DNA of 63,678 bases, the filler included, from Octopus bimaculoides (taxonomy: Eukaryota): NCBI RefSeq assembly GCF_001194135.2. It is 5 parts of 5 records of this genome, joined end to end, with 100 filler letters (N's around TTAATTAATTAA, not from the genome) between each part and the next. Parts side by side here need not be neighbours in the genome. Positions count along the whole stretch, not along the records: positions 1 to 20,249 come from NC_068993.1; 4 more parts are not named here. One strand, given 5' to 3'. This document shows positions 1 to 11,556 of the stretch, piece after piece. The notes under the pieces were generated by a model that was given only the letters and a program-made list of their open reading frames with translations, searched no databases and was not told the DNA's origin. A program made the position numbers and the translations under genes. The first letter of the stretch is position 1. Each line of letters begins with the position of its first letter.

Positions 1-45
<45 letters not shown>

Positions 46-604
46 AAGAAAAACAGGGACTTGGTTAATTTTTGTTATTATTTATCATCATTACGCATGT
101 TTCATTTACAAATAATCATTACAGAGTTTTACATGTTAGATTGACATGTAAAGAAATTTCCCATGAGACATTCTTGAGACAGAGAATTAAATAATGGTAT
201 TACATAATTATTTAACTCTCGAAAGAATATCTAATTGGAGTGAAGCATTTGTCCGAGGAATGCGTACTAGCAAAACAATTTCCATGTTCCCCTTTTGTTA
301 TTCAGTAACTCTGCAAACATTATTTCCAGAATTTTCAATCTATTTTTTCTATCTATCTATCTATCTATCTATCTACCTATCTGTCTGTCTGTCTATCTGC
401 TGTCTGTCTGTCTGCTGTCTGTCTGTCTGTCTGTCTGGCTGTATGCATGTATGTATGTATACGCGCACACTAACACACTGCACGATAGAAGTAAATAGAC
501 ACCCTATAAAACATCGTTATAAGTTTATTTCAACTTGAAAAGGTATATATAGTTTTATTAATTAACATTTTTATGGTTCAATATCTATATGTCACTGTTG
601 AATC

Positions 605-1865
605 ATGCCACGTTCAAAAACATCTTTAGGACTGTCCGAATTTCAAAGAGGCCGCATTGACAATCAATCTGAGGGTGGATTTTGCCACCGTAAAATCGCA
701 GAAAACCTTGGGATCACGCTTTCTACAATTAATAGGAGAATTCCGTCGGTTACATCGACGAGGGTCCCAGCTGATTCGATCAACGGAACAGCCTGCTCAT
801 GAAATTAACGTGCAAGTGGTTGAGCACTCCACGGACACATGTGCCCTTAGCACAGTTCACAGGGAGATTCAGGGTGACACAGATTGTGACAAGGCTGACC
901 CAGGTACTACTCATTTTTGCCGGGAATTGAACTCACGACCTTAAAATCATAGCCGAATATCATAACTACTAAATCAGGTGCCTTCTGAGTGATTATTGTG
1001 ACTTTCACCAGAGAAAGGAAGGAGTCTGCATCACTTTGCCCAGGTCGACCAGGGTTCTCTGACAAGATCCTTCGTTTTGTTAAGAGAAGTGTGGATGATA
1101 ATACTCGTTGCAAAACCTCTGACATAGCAGAACAAGTTAATGTCAGTCCTAGAACTGCTGTCGGGTATCTCCACAAAACTGGCTGCTATGGCAGAGCAGC
1201 AAGAAGAAAGCCACTTCTACAAGTCAATATCAAGCGCATAAGAGATTGGGCCAGTGAGATAGTGGGGAGGCCACTATCATTTTAGGGCACTGTCATATTC
1301 TCCGATAAGTCCAGATTTGCTGTATTTCCTGACAATAACTGAGTGCGGGTCTGAAGACTCTGTGGCCAAGAACTTGATGTGAGAATATTACATATAACAA
1401 TGAAACACGGCAGCTATTATATGATGGTCTTGGGAGCAATTTGAAGTAATGGTTGATCAGAGCTGGTGGAGTGTGAAGGAAACATAAACTCAGATAAATG
1501 TGTCCATATTGCAAAAAGGACTCCTCCCAATCTTCTCCAGTGGTGAAATGATTAAAGAAGACTCTTTATTTATGGAAGATGGGGCTCCTTTTCACACGGC
1601 TAAAAAGACCAAGATTGATTGGAAGAGAATGGCATCAAGAAGATTCTATGGTCAAGTCAGTCACCAAATATGAATCCTGTTGAACATCTCTAGGGCATAA
1701 TGGACAGGACGCTTCATAAAAGGAACAAGAAAACGTCTTCAAAGCCAGATCTTTTGAGATTACTGCATGAAAATTTGCAAGAGAATATTCGTGATCTGAT
1801 CAGTAACATGCCTAATAGAGTCATTGCATTGAAAAAATGCAAAGGGCATGTCTACTAAATATTAG
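605..1865 (+). pseudogene. Tc1 (DD34E) transposase pseudogene
   Basis: The N-terminal HTH (MPRSKTSLGLSEFQRGRI...KIAENLG) resumes after a SINE insertion as FTRERKES...GRP...AARRKPLL. Catalytic motifs are FSD (D at 1304), EDGAPFH (D at 1578) and SPNMNPVE (E at 1682), with 34 residues between the second D and E after correcting one frameshift. Multiple in-frame stops; ends KGMSTKY*. Confidence 0.9.
737..988 (-). mobile_element. SINE family C copy inserted into the Tc1 transposase, internally deleted
   Basis: The reverse complement has a B-box-like GAGTTCAATTCC and a body (caaaaatgagtagtac...caggctgttccgttgatcg...accctcgtcg) matching the copy at 22976-23297. It interrupts the transposase between NR and VI. 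Confidence 0.8.
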
Positions 1866-1913
1866 ATATTCCCATTATAATAAATAATTATAATTATAGT
1901 AAATATAATTATA

Positions 1914-1967
<54 letters not shown>

Positions 1968-2934
1968 ATTATATTATATATAATAAATATAAATATAATT
2001 ATAATAAATAATTTGAATGTATAATTTCAGATTTAAATAAATTTTAACGATTATAAGGGTATCTATTTAATTCTGAATTTGAATTAGGAGACGACACATC
2101 AAAGCTGTATTTTCCTATATTTCAAAAGATAGATTAGTGCTAAAATTATAGAAACAAAAGGAAAACAGCTCTAATGTCATTTTGCTGCTGGTAATATTAA
2201 TAATGAATATAAAAGAGTACGATTTTTAATATTTTATTAAAAATATATTCATGAATTTTCAATCATTCGGTAACCTCTCCATGATAGTGGCATCCCACTT
2301 TTTTATTTATGAAATTTTTCTGCTTTAGCAAAAAGGGCAAAGGTGTTCTTTATAGTGAAGTTATTCACTGATATCGAAAAACACTCTCAGGGACGAATAA
2401 CTCTGATGGAGTTCTCTTCTATGTCGCTGGATTTTCAGGTTCGTTAGAACGTCGAACAAATGTTTTATGCTGTATAGTTATGCCAGCGTCTATAGTCAAA
2501 TCTCACGGTAGTCAAAGTTCTTGGCATATCTGTAACAGAAAAAATCATATCGGTAAACAAATCATGTCAGACCAAATACTTAAATGTGTTGCTTTAAAAT
2601 AACAAAAACATGAAATCATGACTTACCTGATCTAACCAAGTCTTAGAGACATGATCACATGACTATTTACAGAATAAACGATGATCTGTGCGACCTGATG
2701 CATCCTGGAACTGCCTTGCATGTAAATATTGGATACAACAATTGGAATACGAGCTGAATCCTCTTCGTTTTGATTATCATCATCTATGGAGTAAGAAATA
2801 AATAAAATAAAGTTACAATTAAATAAAAGTTCATGTTATACACTAAAAGAAATATGGAAAAAATATTTTGAGAAAAGTGTATACGCATGAATATATGTAT
2901 TACAAAGACATTAAGTTATCAATATATAAAGCCG

Positions 2935-3162
2935 TGAACATGGTTTTAAATACACCAGCACCGGTTGTCATGCGGTGATGGGGGTGGGGAGGACAAACAG
3001 GACTGGCTTATCGACAGTCGTGTGTCGATAAGCCAGCTGGAGGAGATGTCCTCCTGGGGCTAAAAGCAACAGTAACATCCACCCCTAGGGGTCAGCCACA
3101 CTTAAGTGGCAATATACTACACTTTATCGTGCAGTTACTGTTAATACTTCATGTAGAGAATT

Positions 3163-3208
<46 letters not shown>

Positions 3209-3368
3209 ACGGATTTCTTTCAGTTTCTGTTCACCGAATTCACACACAAGCATTGGGCCGCCCGAGGCTATGGTAGAAGACACTTGCCCAAGTTGCCCGC
3301 AGTGAAACTGAACCCAGAACGATATAACTGGGAAGCAAACTTCTTTCCACACCACTATGCATGTACCT
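2935..3368 (-). mobile_element. SINE family A (tRNA head, CORE-like cttgggcaagtgtctt, internal microsatellite), interrupted by repeat D
   Basis: 3201-3368 is the reverse complement of the A head (agaagacacttgcccaag, actgaacccagaac). 2950-3000 matches the A body (acaccagcaccggttgtca). Confidence 0.75.
3001..3166. repeat. Structured interspersed repeat family D, copy 1
   Basis: Aligns to 3418-3491 and 24757-24943 (gccagctggaggagatgtcctcctggggctaaaagcaacagtaacatcc...gcagttactgttaatac). Confidence 0.8.
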
Positions 3369-3417
3369 ATATATATATAACCCGGCTCCATTCGTGCTAC
3401 AGATCATGATGGGAGGG

Positions 3418-3491
3418 ATAACTTCCCTTGGCAAACAGGACACAGTAGTGTGTCGATAAGCCAGCTGGAGGAGATGTCCTCCTGGGGCTAA
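3418..3491. repeat. Repeat family D, partial copy 2
   Basis: Reads gataacttcccttggcaaacaggacacagtagtgtgtcgataagccagctggaggagatgtcctcctggggcta, then diverges. Confidence 0.75.
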
Positions 3492-3619
3492 CCTACAAAA
3501 AGTTAACTGTTAACAATAACCAAATTCTCGCAAATGAATATAGAAAAAAGGCGGCGTGCTGGCAGAAACGTTCGCATAATGAGGCTTTGCATTCCTCTTT
3601 CTTGTGGCCAATATCTGAT

Positions 3620-3780
3620 AGTCTTGTCGGGTTATGCTTTAAGTCTCCAAACCAGTTTATAAACTATCATGACTTTCTACGAAAATCTTCGTACTTATGT
3701 TACATCCACTCAAGTTGATGAAAAATCTGATTATTCATGAAAATTTCAATGCACGAGTTGAAAGAGTGCCTTCGTTGCTA
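3620..3780 (+). mobile_element. Probable RTE-type LINE AP-endonuclease fragment
   Basis: The frameshifted translation TFYENLRTYVTSTQVDEK / LIIHENFNARVE resembles the FY..L....LI..GDFNARVG endonuclease motif. Confidence 0.45.
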
Positions 3781-4502
3781 AGTATTCGAATCCGTTTGGT
3801 GGTCCTTTACGTTAAGTGTACGGTCTACACACTTCTGATTTGTTCATTTGAATCTCAAACACTATTGAATATTCTGCAATGCTGCAGATATGAACAGATA
3901 TGAACATCTTTGAACATGCTGAACATGCTGCAGATATGAACATCTGTTCCGGCATAAATGAGAAGAATATCTGAGAACAACTGCTCCGAAATCTGCAAAA
4001 TGTCTACGCTGAGTTTTCTCTGGTGATATCATACAAATACTCATTGGGCTGTCTGTTATGTTAGTAAATACCTAAGCCACAATCTGAAGAAGTAGGAGTT
4101 TTCAACGAAGAAAAATACCGACTAGCTAAAACAGATACAATATTTAAATGGAACAGTGAAAATATGCAAGACTGCCTTAAAGTTTTATATGTTACAATTG
4201 TCGTTGTTCTTTCAATTCATATGTTAGAGTTTTTGTTTCTATCTTAGAAATTATGACAAAAAGAAAGGAAAAACTGATATACGTGTGCATATACGTATAC
4301 ATACACACACACATATATGTACATATATATATATATTTATAAATATATATGTATATATATATACACATACACACATTTATACATACACACACGTATGTAT
4401 ATCTATATATATATAAATATATACACGTACATACATATATATATATATATATACACACATAGATACTCATACATATATATATACACACACATACATACAC
4501 AG

Positions 4503-4535
<33 letters not shown>

Positions 4536-5927
4536 AGCACATACATACATATATATATATACACATACATACTTACATATATAAATATATATATATATAT
4601 ATATNNNNNNNNNNNNNNNNNNNNNNNNNNNNNNNNNNNNNNNNNNNNNNNNNNNNNNNNNNNNNNNNNNNNNNNNNNNNNNNNNNNNNNNNNNNNNNNN
4701 NNNNNNNNNNNNNNNNNNNNNNNNNNNNNNNNNNNNNNNNNNNNNNNNNNNNNNNNNNNNNNNNNNNNNNNNNNNNNNNNNNNNNNNNNNNNNNNNNNNN
4801 NNNNNNNNNNNNNNNNNNNNNNNNNNNNNNNNNNNNNNNNNNNNNNNNNNNNNNNNNNNNNNNNNNNNNNNNNNNNNNNNNNNNNNNNNNNNNNNNNNNN
4901 NNNNNNNNNNNNNNNNNNNNNNNNNNNNNNNNNNNNNNNNNNNNNNNNNNNNNNNNNNNNNNNNNNNNNNNNNNNNNNNNNNNNNNNNNNNNNNNNNNNN
5001 NNNNNNNNNNNNNNNNNNNNNNNNNNNNNNNNNNNNNNNNNNNNNNNNNNNNNNNNNNNNNNNNNNNNNNNNNNNNNNNNNNNNNNNNNNNNNNNNNNNN
5101 NNNNNNNNNNNNNTATCTATATATATATAAATATATACACGTACATACATATATATATATATATATATACATACAGAAAAATGAAGCATAAAACATCGAA
5201 AAAATAAATACCCTGGGTAATAAAGTGCCCAATTAAAATAAAGTAGTTAAAAGCCAACGTATAACATTCTATAGTAAACCAGAGGGGAAAGTCTGCATGC
5301 ATATATATAATCGACTAAAATAATGCTTGTGAGCAAAACATATTTAGAATAAAATGCGGTAAAGCATAAACTAATTTAAATTAATTTTCTTTAATTGTGT
5401 ATCATAATTACGTATTGAATTAATTATGCATATCTGAAAGAAGCAGTAGAGGAAATTAATTAGATGGTTATATATCTGTGAAATAGTTGCTTTTCTATAT
5501 CTTATTCCCTACCTCTCCCTCTCATACATACATATACATACATATATATATATATATATATANNNNNNNNNNNNNNNNNNNNNNNNNNNNNNNNNNNNNN
5601 NNNNNNNNNNNNNNNNNNNNNNNNNNNNNNNNNNNNNNNNNNNNNNNNNNNNNNNNNNNNNNNNNNNNNNNNNNNNNNNNNNNNNNNNNNNNNNNNNNNN
5701 NNNNNNNNNNNNNNNNNNNNNNNNNNNNNNNNNNNNNNNNNNNNNNNNNNNNNNNNNNNNNNNNNNNNNNNNNNNNNNNNNNNNNNNNNNNNNNNNNNNN
5801 NNNNNNNNNNNNNNNNNNNNNNNNNNNNNNNNNNNNNNNNNNNNNNNNNNNNNNNNNNNNNNNNNNNNNNNNNNNNNNNNNNNNNNNNNNNNNNNNNNNN
5901 NNNNNNNATTTTTTCCGTACAAGTGAT

Positions 5928-6700
5928 ATTAAACATTGCGGAATAAATGATAATCAGATGAGGTAATGTCCGGCGAATATGCTGGATGGGGCATCGTTTC
6001 CCATTCAAAGTGCTCCAGCCTTCAGAATGTCATCCTCGCTTTATGTAGCCGAGCATTATCTGATGGAAGAACACCTTTCGTCTTGAAAGCAAAGACAGTC
6101 GTTTTATTTCTAGCGCTGACTTAAGACGCCCAAGCTGCTTGCAGTAGATCTCCTTTGTTATCGTTTGGTTTGGGTTTAACAGCTCAAAGTGGATTAAACC
6201 TTTCGTATCCCACCAAACAGATAACCACACCAAAAGTGGCTGAAAACCTTTAGCCTGATGTGCCAGTGTTTATTCTTTCCCTACCCACTGCCTTCCAAGC
6301 ACTAGCGTAGGTATACCGTGTGCCGCTCGCGTTAGCCCTTTACTTTACAGACCTCGGACCCACAATAAAGAATATTGCCTACAGCAGACCCAAAATTGCC
6401 ACCCGTTGTGGACCACCGCCCCCGGTTACGCTGGTGCTTCGGCGCTTAACATTTTTATAGAAAACCCATTTCTATTCACCAGTCACTTTTCGGTACAAAA
6501 AAGGTTTATTCGTGACACGTGACAGCAAAGAAGAGTCCGCATTCACTCTTTTTGCGCGATTAAACCCGGAAAGTTTGTGAGGAACTCAATGACCCAACTT
6601 GCTGACTTTTCCGACCATACGAAGGTGTCGATGAATGGTTGAATGATCAAATCCAAGCTCCTCTGCTAGTTCCTCTATTCCATAGTCTATAAGTGCGGGT
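5928..6700 (-). pseudogene. Mariner (DD34D-type) transposase fragment
   Basis: Minus-strand motifs: EELAEELGFDHSTIHRHL (HTH), GH*VPHKL (WVPHEL), VTGE*KWVFY, VWLSVWWDTKGLIHFELL, FHQ.., PHPAYSPDITSSDYHLF. Contains stops, frameshifts and an insertion; the 3' end runs into a gap. Confidence 0.88.
6297..6439. mobile_element. Small GC-rich insertion with 13-bp inverted ends (possible MITE)
   Basis: aagcactagcgta (6297-6309) and tacgctggtgctt (6427-6439) pair with 1 mismatch. It interrupts the mariner frame between NVKRR and RQWVGK. No clean TSD. Confidence 0.55.
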
Positions 6701-6704
6701 GGGG

Positions 6705-7060
6705 TATTGACGTTTAATGAATGTTATTTTGAGGTCTTGTAGGCGATGTTCCCGAGCGGTTGTGTCAGATACAATTGTACAAATCCTTTTAGTTAGGTTG
6801 ACTGTGATATTTATTTAGATGTGTTTAGGATGGCATGAACTGAAAAGGAGATACTGTTTTGAGTCTGTTGGTTTGTAGTAGAACTGGGAGCTGTTCCTTG
6901 CTATATTCCCTTGTGAGTTGAATATTGGAGTTTATATTGTTTAGTGTGGATTTGAAATCCAGGAATCAATCATAGGTTTCATTCCAGATGATAAAACAAT
7001 CGTCTAGGAACCTTTTTCAGTTTTCTCTTATATACTGGCGGAATGGGGGTCTAAATGTAT
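6705..7060 (-). mobile_element. Penelope-like element reverse-transcriptase fragment
   Basis: Minus-strand translation EN*KRFLDDCFIIW...LNNINSNIQ...YYKPTDSKQYLLFSSCHPKHI*INITVNLTKRICTIVSD...KRQYP matches the PLE RT catalytic and thumb motifs. Confidence 0.85.
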
Positions 7061-7091
7061 GTATGTATGCATGTGTGTACATGTATGTATA

Positions 7092-7130
<39 letters not shown>

Positions 7131-7350
7131 GTATATGAACTTATTTATATACATGCGTATATATGAGTGTATGTGTGTAAACACGCATGAATATGTCACT
7201 GTAAGTTGATATATCTCTTTGTAAAAATATAAATCATTTTCCCCTCAACATATTTGTACAAAACGCGTACGGATGAGTTTCCTTCTATACACACACAAAC
7301 ACATGCATTTATGTATATATTTACACAATACATCCGTATATACATGCATG

Positions 7351-7403
<53 letters not shown>

Positions 7404-7452
7404 GGTGGAAGGTATACAAACGTATATACAAATATTTATACATGTGTGTGAG

Positions 7453-7491
<39 letters not shown>

Positions 7492-10400
7492 TGTATGTGT
7501 GTGTGTGTGTGCATATATAAAAAGATATATGTGTATCTATACATATATAAAACACATGTACACATGCACAAACACGCACACAAGTGTATCTAGCGATGTG
7601 ACCTTAGATTAATGTTCCAGTTTTTCTGTCCATATTTGTAACAATCGCCTGTTACTGAATACGTTAGATCTGTTGGTAAAATTTCCCTGATAACAGCAAA
7701 GCATTTGCAACACATATCGATTGGATATCGGCTTCGTATACATCCTGGGTTTTCTAAGTGTGTGATATTTAATTATGTACCTTTTTAATGTATTAGTTCT
7801 AGAAATAAAAATGGATCATAACTAGAATTAAAACTGCCCTTTTCATTCTGTATTCTGAAGTATTTTACACAATCATCGTTGTAGCTGTTTTAATGATGTT
7901 GGAAACATTCTCAGAAGACAGCTGGGCTGAATATTACAGCAGAGAGTATGAATATGATTTAGCCAAATCGGTTGACCAATGGAAAAAATGCTTTGTTTTA
8001 TTAAATTACATACCTTTACATTCTGTATTCAATTTTATTCAAGGGCATTAAAATGGTGTACCAATAAACAACTGGATCGATTTAATTAAATATTTCCTCG
8101 TCCGTGTCGAATATTGCCCTTGACAAACGTGCAACACATCTAAGCAACAGATTTATACAGGGATAATTAATAATGAGAAATATTGATAATGACTTTTTAT
8201 GCTGTTCTTCCTTTTCTGAAAGCTTTTGTGACATAAACGCAAAGTTCAATGTACTTGACTAGGAACCACAATGGGAAGATATTCCTGGATATTATCCCTT
8301 CTAGATATCTGATTTCCAACATATAACATTGACATAATTTTCTTTTGTTGTTGCTATGTCTCATAGATCCATTACTTATATTCAGCTTACGTAGTTCTAA
8401 ACAACCAAGAGATTAACGCACCACTGCTTAAGATGTTGGCCAGCCATAGGTGACATCTTTAAGTTTAAATTTTACGCAAGAATGAACATCCACGCATAAA
8501 AGGTCAGTCGTAAAGTGTTGTTTCTTATATTGGTGAATTCCACTTTCCTGGGGGATACCTGAATTTATCATTTGTTCTATTCTGCTGTTTGGATTTTAAT
8601 CATGTATAAATTGCTATATCAGTAGTTTATTTAAATTCTCTGTCTCCCGACTCTTTGCTATTCCTATCGAGTCCCTTACTGCAGTTTCTTCAAATGCACT
8701 TGCACCCAAACACAAATACACACACAGACACACACATTCACACACAGACAAACAGACAGACACACACACACACACACACACACACNNNNNNNNNNNNNNN
8801 NNNNNNNNNNNNNNNNNNNNNNNNNNNNNNNNNNNNNNNNNNNNNNNNNNNNNNNNNNNNNNNNNNNNNNNNNNNNNNNNNNNNNNNNNNNNNNNNNNNN
8901 NNNNNNNNNNNNNNNNNNNNNNNNNNNNNNNNNNNNNNNNNNNNNNNNNNNNNNNNNNNNNNNNNNNNNNNNNNNNNNNNNNNNNNNNNAAAAAAATGAT
9001 TTAATATAATCTGTGCGTGTATGTGTGCCTGTGTGCATGTATAAACGTTTGTTTCTTATCAAAAGCTTTAGGACTCTCCCCACTTGACATCTTGCCGAAA
9101 TGACATTTTATATACTACTTGTGCGTGTGTGTGTGTGTGTGTGTGTGTTTCTTTTTTATCATCGCATTGTAGACGGAATTCGGTAGGCAGAAACTGATGA
9201 ATGCATGCTACATGTTTTGCGGATTTGGATTTAATCAGTGAGCGGGTTTAACATCACAACTCTATTCTATGTCACCTCTAGCATGGGGCTCTCTGTTTAA
9301 ATTGTTGGAGACAGATCTTATGTTTCATTATATCATCTTACCTTCCCCCCATTAGTTCAAAAGTTACTGTGGCTCTGCAAAAGGCCACGGCAGGAGAAGT
9401 GGTGAAATACAAAATCATTAAATAGAAGCTTAATGAAAACGCTTCCGTTTTCTTTCCAATTTTATTTCCTCAAATTTCTCACAAATATTTTTGTTTTATA
9501 TTAAATAGCCTTCTTTATATATTTTCATTTCATCTCTGTCAATTAGAAATAGTTTTACGAAGTTGTTTTTATAGAGTGTTGTATATTGTAATCATGTTTT
9601 AAGATTTTAGCAAGATAAAAAGGTTGGAGAGATAATATATGTGACCTTTTATTATGGAGTGAATATCATGTCTTTAAGCAGAGTATTGTATCTTTCGATA
9701 CACGTATTACCGACCAGTAAAATGTTGTTTCTAAGAGGTGTAGAATGCAGAGTATTATATCAGGTCTCATAACATACGTTTGTAAAACATCTTTCGCGTA
9801 TATTATAGAGTTCACACATGGAATAATTTAGATTTAGTATTGCTTATGACAGATTCGTTAAAGATCTGTGAACGGCTTAGAAAAATCTCTGCCTTGCAGA
9901 AAAGCCAAATTGTACGTAAACCTTATATTTACCAGAGGGTAGACTCTACCTTTCAGTTTTGTAACAGAAACATATTATAACCCGCTGATGAAACACTCAC
10001 TACTGAATCTTCAACCACATCATCAGGATCTTATTAGTATCTATCGTCCGTGTAAAATACACGATTATATTATTAGCAATCTTGTTTCACTAAATACTGG
10101 CTTTGGATTCATTGTATCATTCCTGTCAATAATGTCTTATTTACCCTTACATTCATTAAACGGAAGTTAGTTATATCGGCATTAAGAACACTTTTTGATG
10201 GAAAAATATGAAGATAATGCTAATACAAGTTTTTAACTGTTTTGATTGAGTAGTAGCTAAATCTAAGATTACTATCGACTTCAGATAGTCTGGAACAAAC
10301 AGTAATCCTATTAGCATATGTGAAGAAGATATCGAATAAGCAAGAGTCTTAAAAATTAATACGGATAAAAATATGTTGAAACCGTTTTCCTTGACTGAAA

Positions 10401-10769
10401 ATAGTGCCAATGTAATGAAAAATTAAAAAAATAATCTGACGGTGATTTGTTAGAGCAGGAGGGGCCCCGAAGATTTTATGCAAATACTTATATGTATTCG
10501 TATGATATTGCAGTATTAACATCCTGAAAATAGTTTATCGTATTTTCATGGTTTCTGCATCTTTGAAACTTAATTTATTCTGCCATCAGAACTCTGTACA
10601 CTTTATAACAGATGGTTGCCATACAGTGTCTATAACAGAACTGATACAATTGTCCTAACTGGAGTATACAAACATATGCTGATAATAAATAAAAAGATGA
10701 GATTGGAATAAACATATAAATACATTCTTATGTAATATTTATGACATGTTAGGTATGATAGATAAAATT

Positions 10770-11190
10770 CGTAAGCAAAGACCCAGTTACTGGAAGCTAA
10801 ACGTGTCGCTCCAGGCGCACCAGACTTACAAAGATAAGATTATCGAATTACTTAAGGTAGTGTTGAAGAGTGTAATCGTCAAGAAACAAATGGTTGTTCG
10901 ACAGAAAAAGTTGATTAGAGTAGAATGATAAGGTTTAGCAAGGTCAGAGCGATAGAGACGAATAGAATAAAGGGTGACTTATTTAGAAATTCAGAAGAGG
11001 GTCTTAAGAAAGTCAGAGCAACCGTCGTGCTTGCGATGATATTGCTTATTCATCAATTCTTCATCGCGAAACAGTAAGGCCGCATTGTGAGAGCTAAAAC
11101 ACGTAATTTAAGGTACGAAAGGACGAAAATCACTCGATAGTACCGAGCAGTGGAGGTGCAAATTGGCAAGAAAAATCACAATTTAGTCAT
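10770..11190 (+). mobile_element. Tx1/L1-clade LINE ORF2 fragment
   Basis: RPSYWKLNVSL (WKLN motif after the endonuclease domain) and GRIVRAKTRNLRYERTK, with stops. Confidence 0.65.
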
Positions 11191-11433
11191 TGGTGCATGT
11201 TATTCGACCTCATGTAAATGTATGTAACTTTTCAACTGTTCAGGGTGAGTGGCGGCCAGTAACTTTTCAACTGTTCAGGGTGAGTAGCGCTGCCGAGAAA
11301 GGACTCAAATAGAGGAAGAGCAAAATATTGATGCAATAGTAATAAAATCAAAGACAAGCACTAATAAAATGATAAAGGATTAAAAATATCCAACATTGTT
11401 TTAACTCATTCAGTACACTTGAATATATTTCAG

Positions 11434-11556
11434 GATGGTCAGGTGAATCATGTCAAAACAATATTGACGACTGCGTGGGAAACGGTTGCAAGTTCGGTTC
11501 AACGTGTGAAGATAAACTCGGATTTTATACCTGTAACTGCCCAGCAGGTATAACAG
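11434..11556 (+). CDS. Internal exon (phase 1-1, 123 nt) of a calcium-binding EGF-repeat protein
   Basis: Acceptor tatatttcag, donor G|gtatgc. Translates (G)WSGESCQNNIDDCVGNGCKFGSTCEDKLGFYTCNCPAGIT(G), with canonical cbEGF cysteine spacing, an IDDC Ca-binding motif, and C-x-D-x4-Y-x-C. Confidence 0.93.

Larger units (their letters stand above)
487..2074 (+). mobile_element. Decayed Tc1-family DNA transposon
   Basis: Degenerate inverted repeats at 487-539 and about 2026-2074 (aaatagacaccct vs agggtatctattt) flank a broken transposase. The outer termini are eroded. Confidence 0.85.

Noticed and set aside
3001-3166. Repeat D as a hammerhead, twister or HDV ribozyme
   Set aside because: On neither strand could I place the catalytic cores (CUGANGA/GAAA, twister pseudoknots, or the nested double pseudoknot).
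3870-3950. Short tgaaca/gctgcagata iterations; also the 34-bp tandem at about 26319-26385
   Set aside because: Small slippage duplications with no constant repeat-spacer pattern; not CRISPR-like.
10171-10410. Hydrophobic 79-aa minus-strand ORF
   Set aside because: No recognisable motif; hydrophobicity is expected from T-rich sequence.
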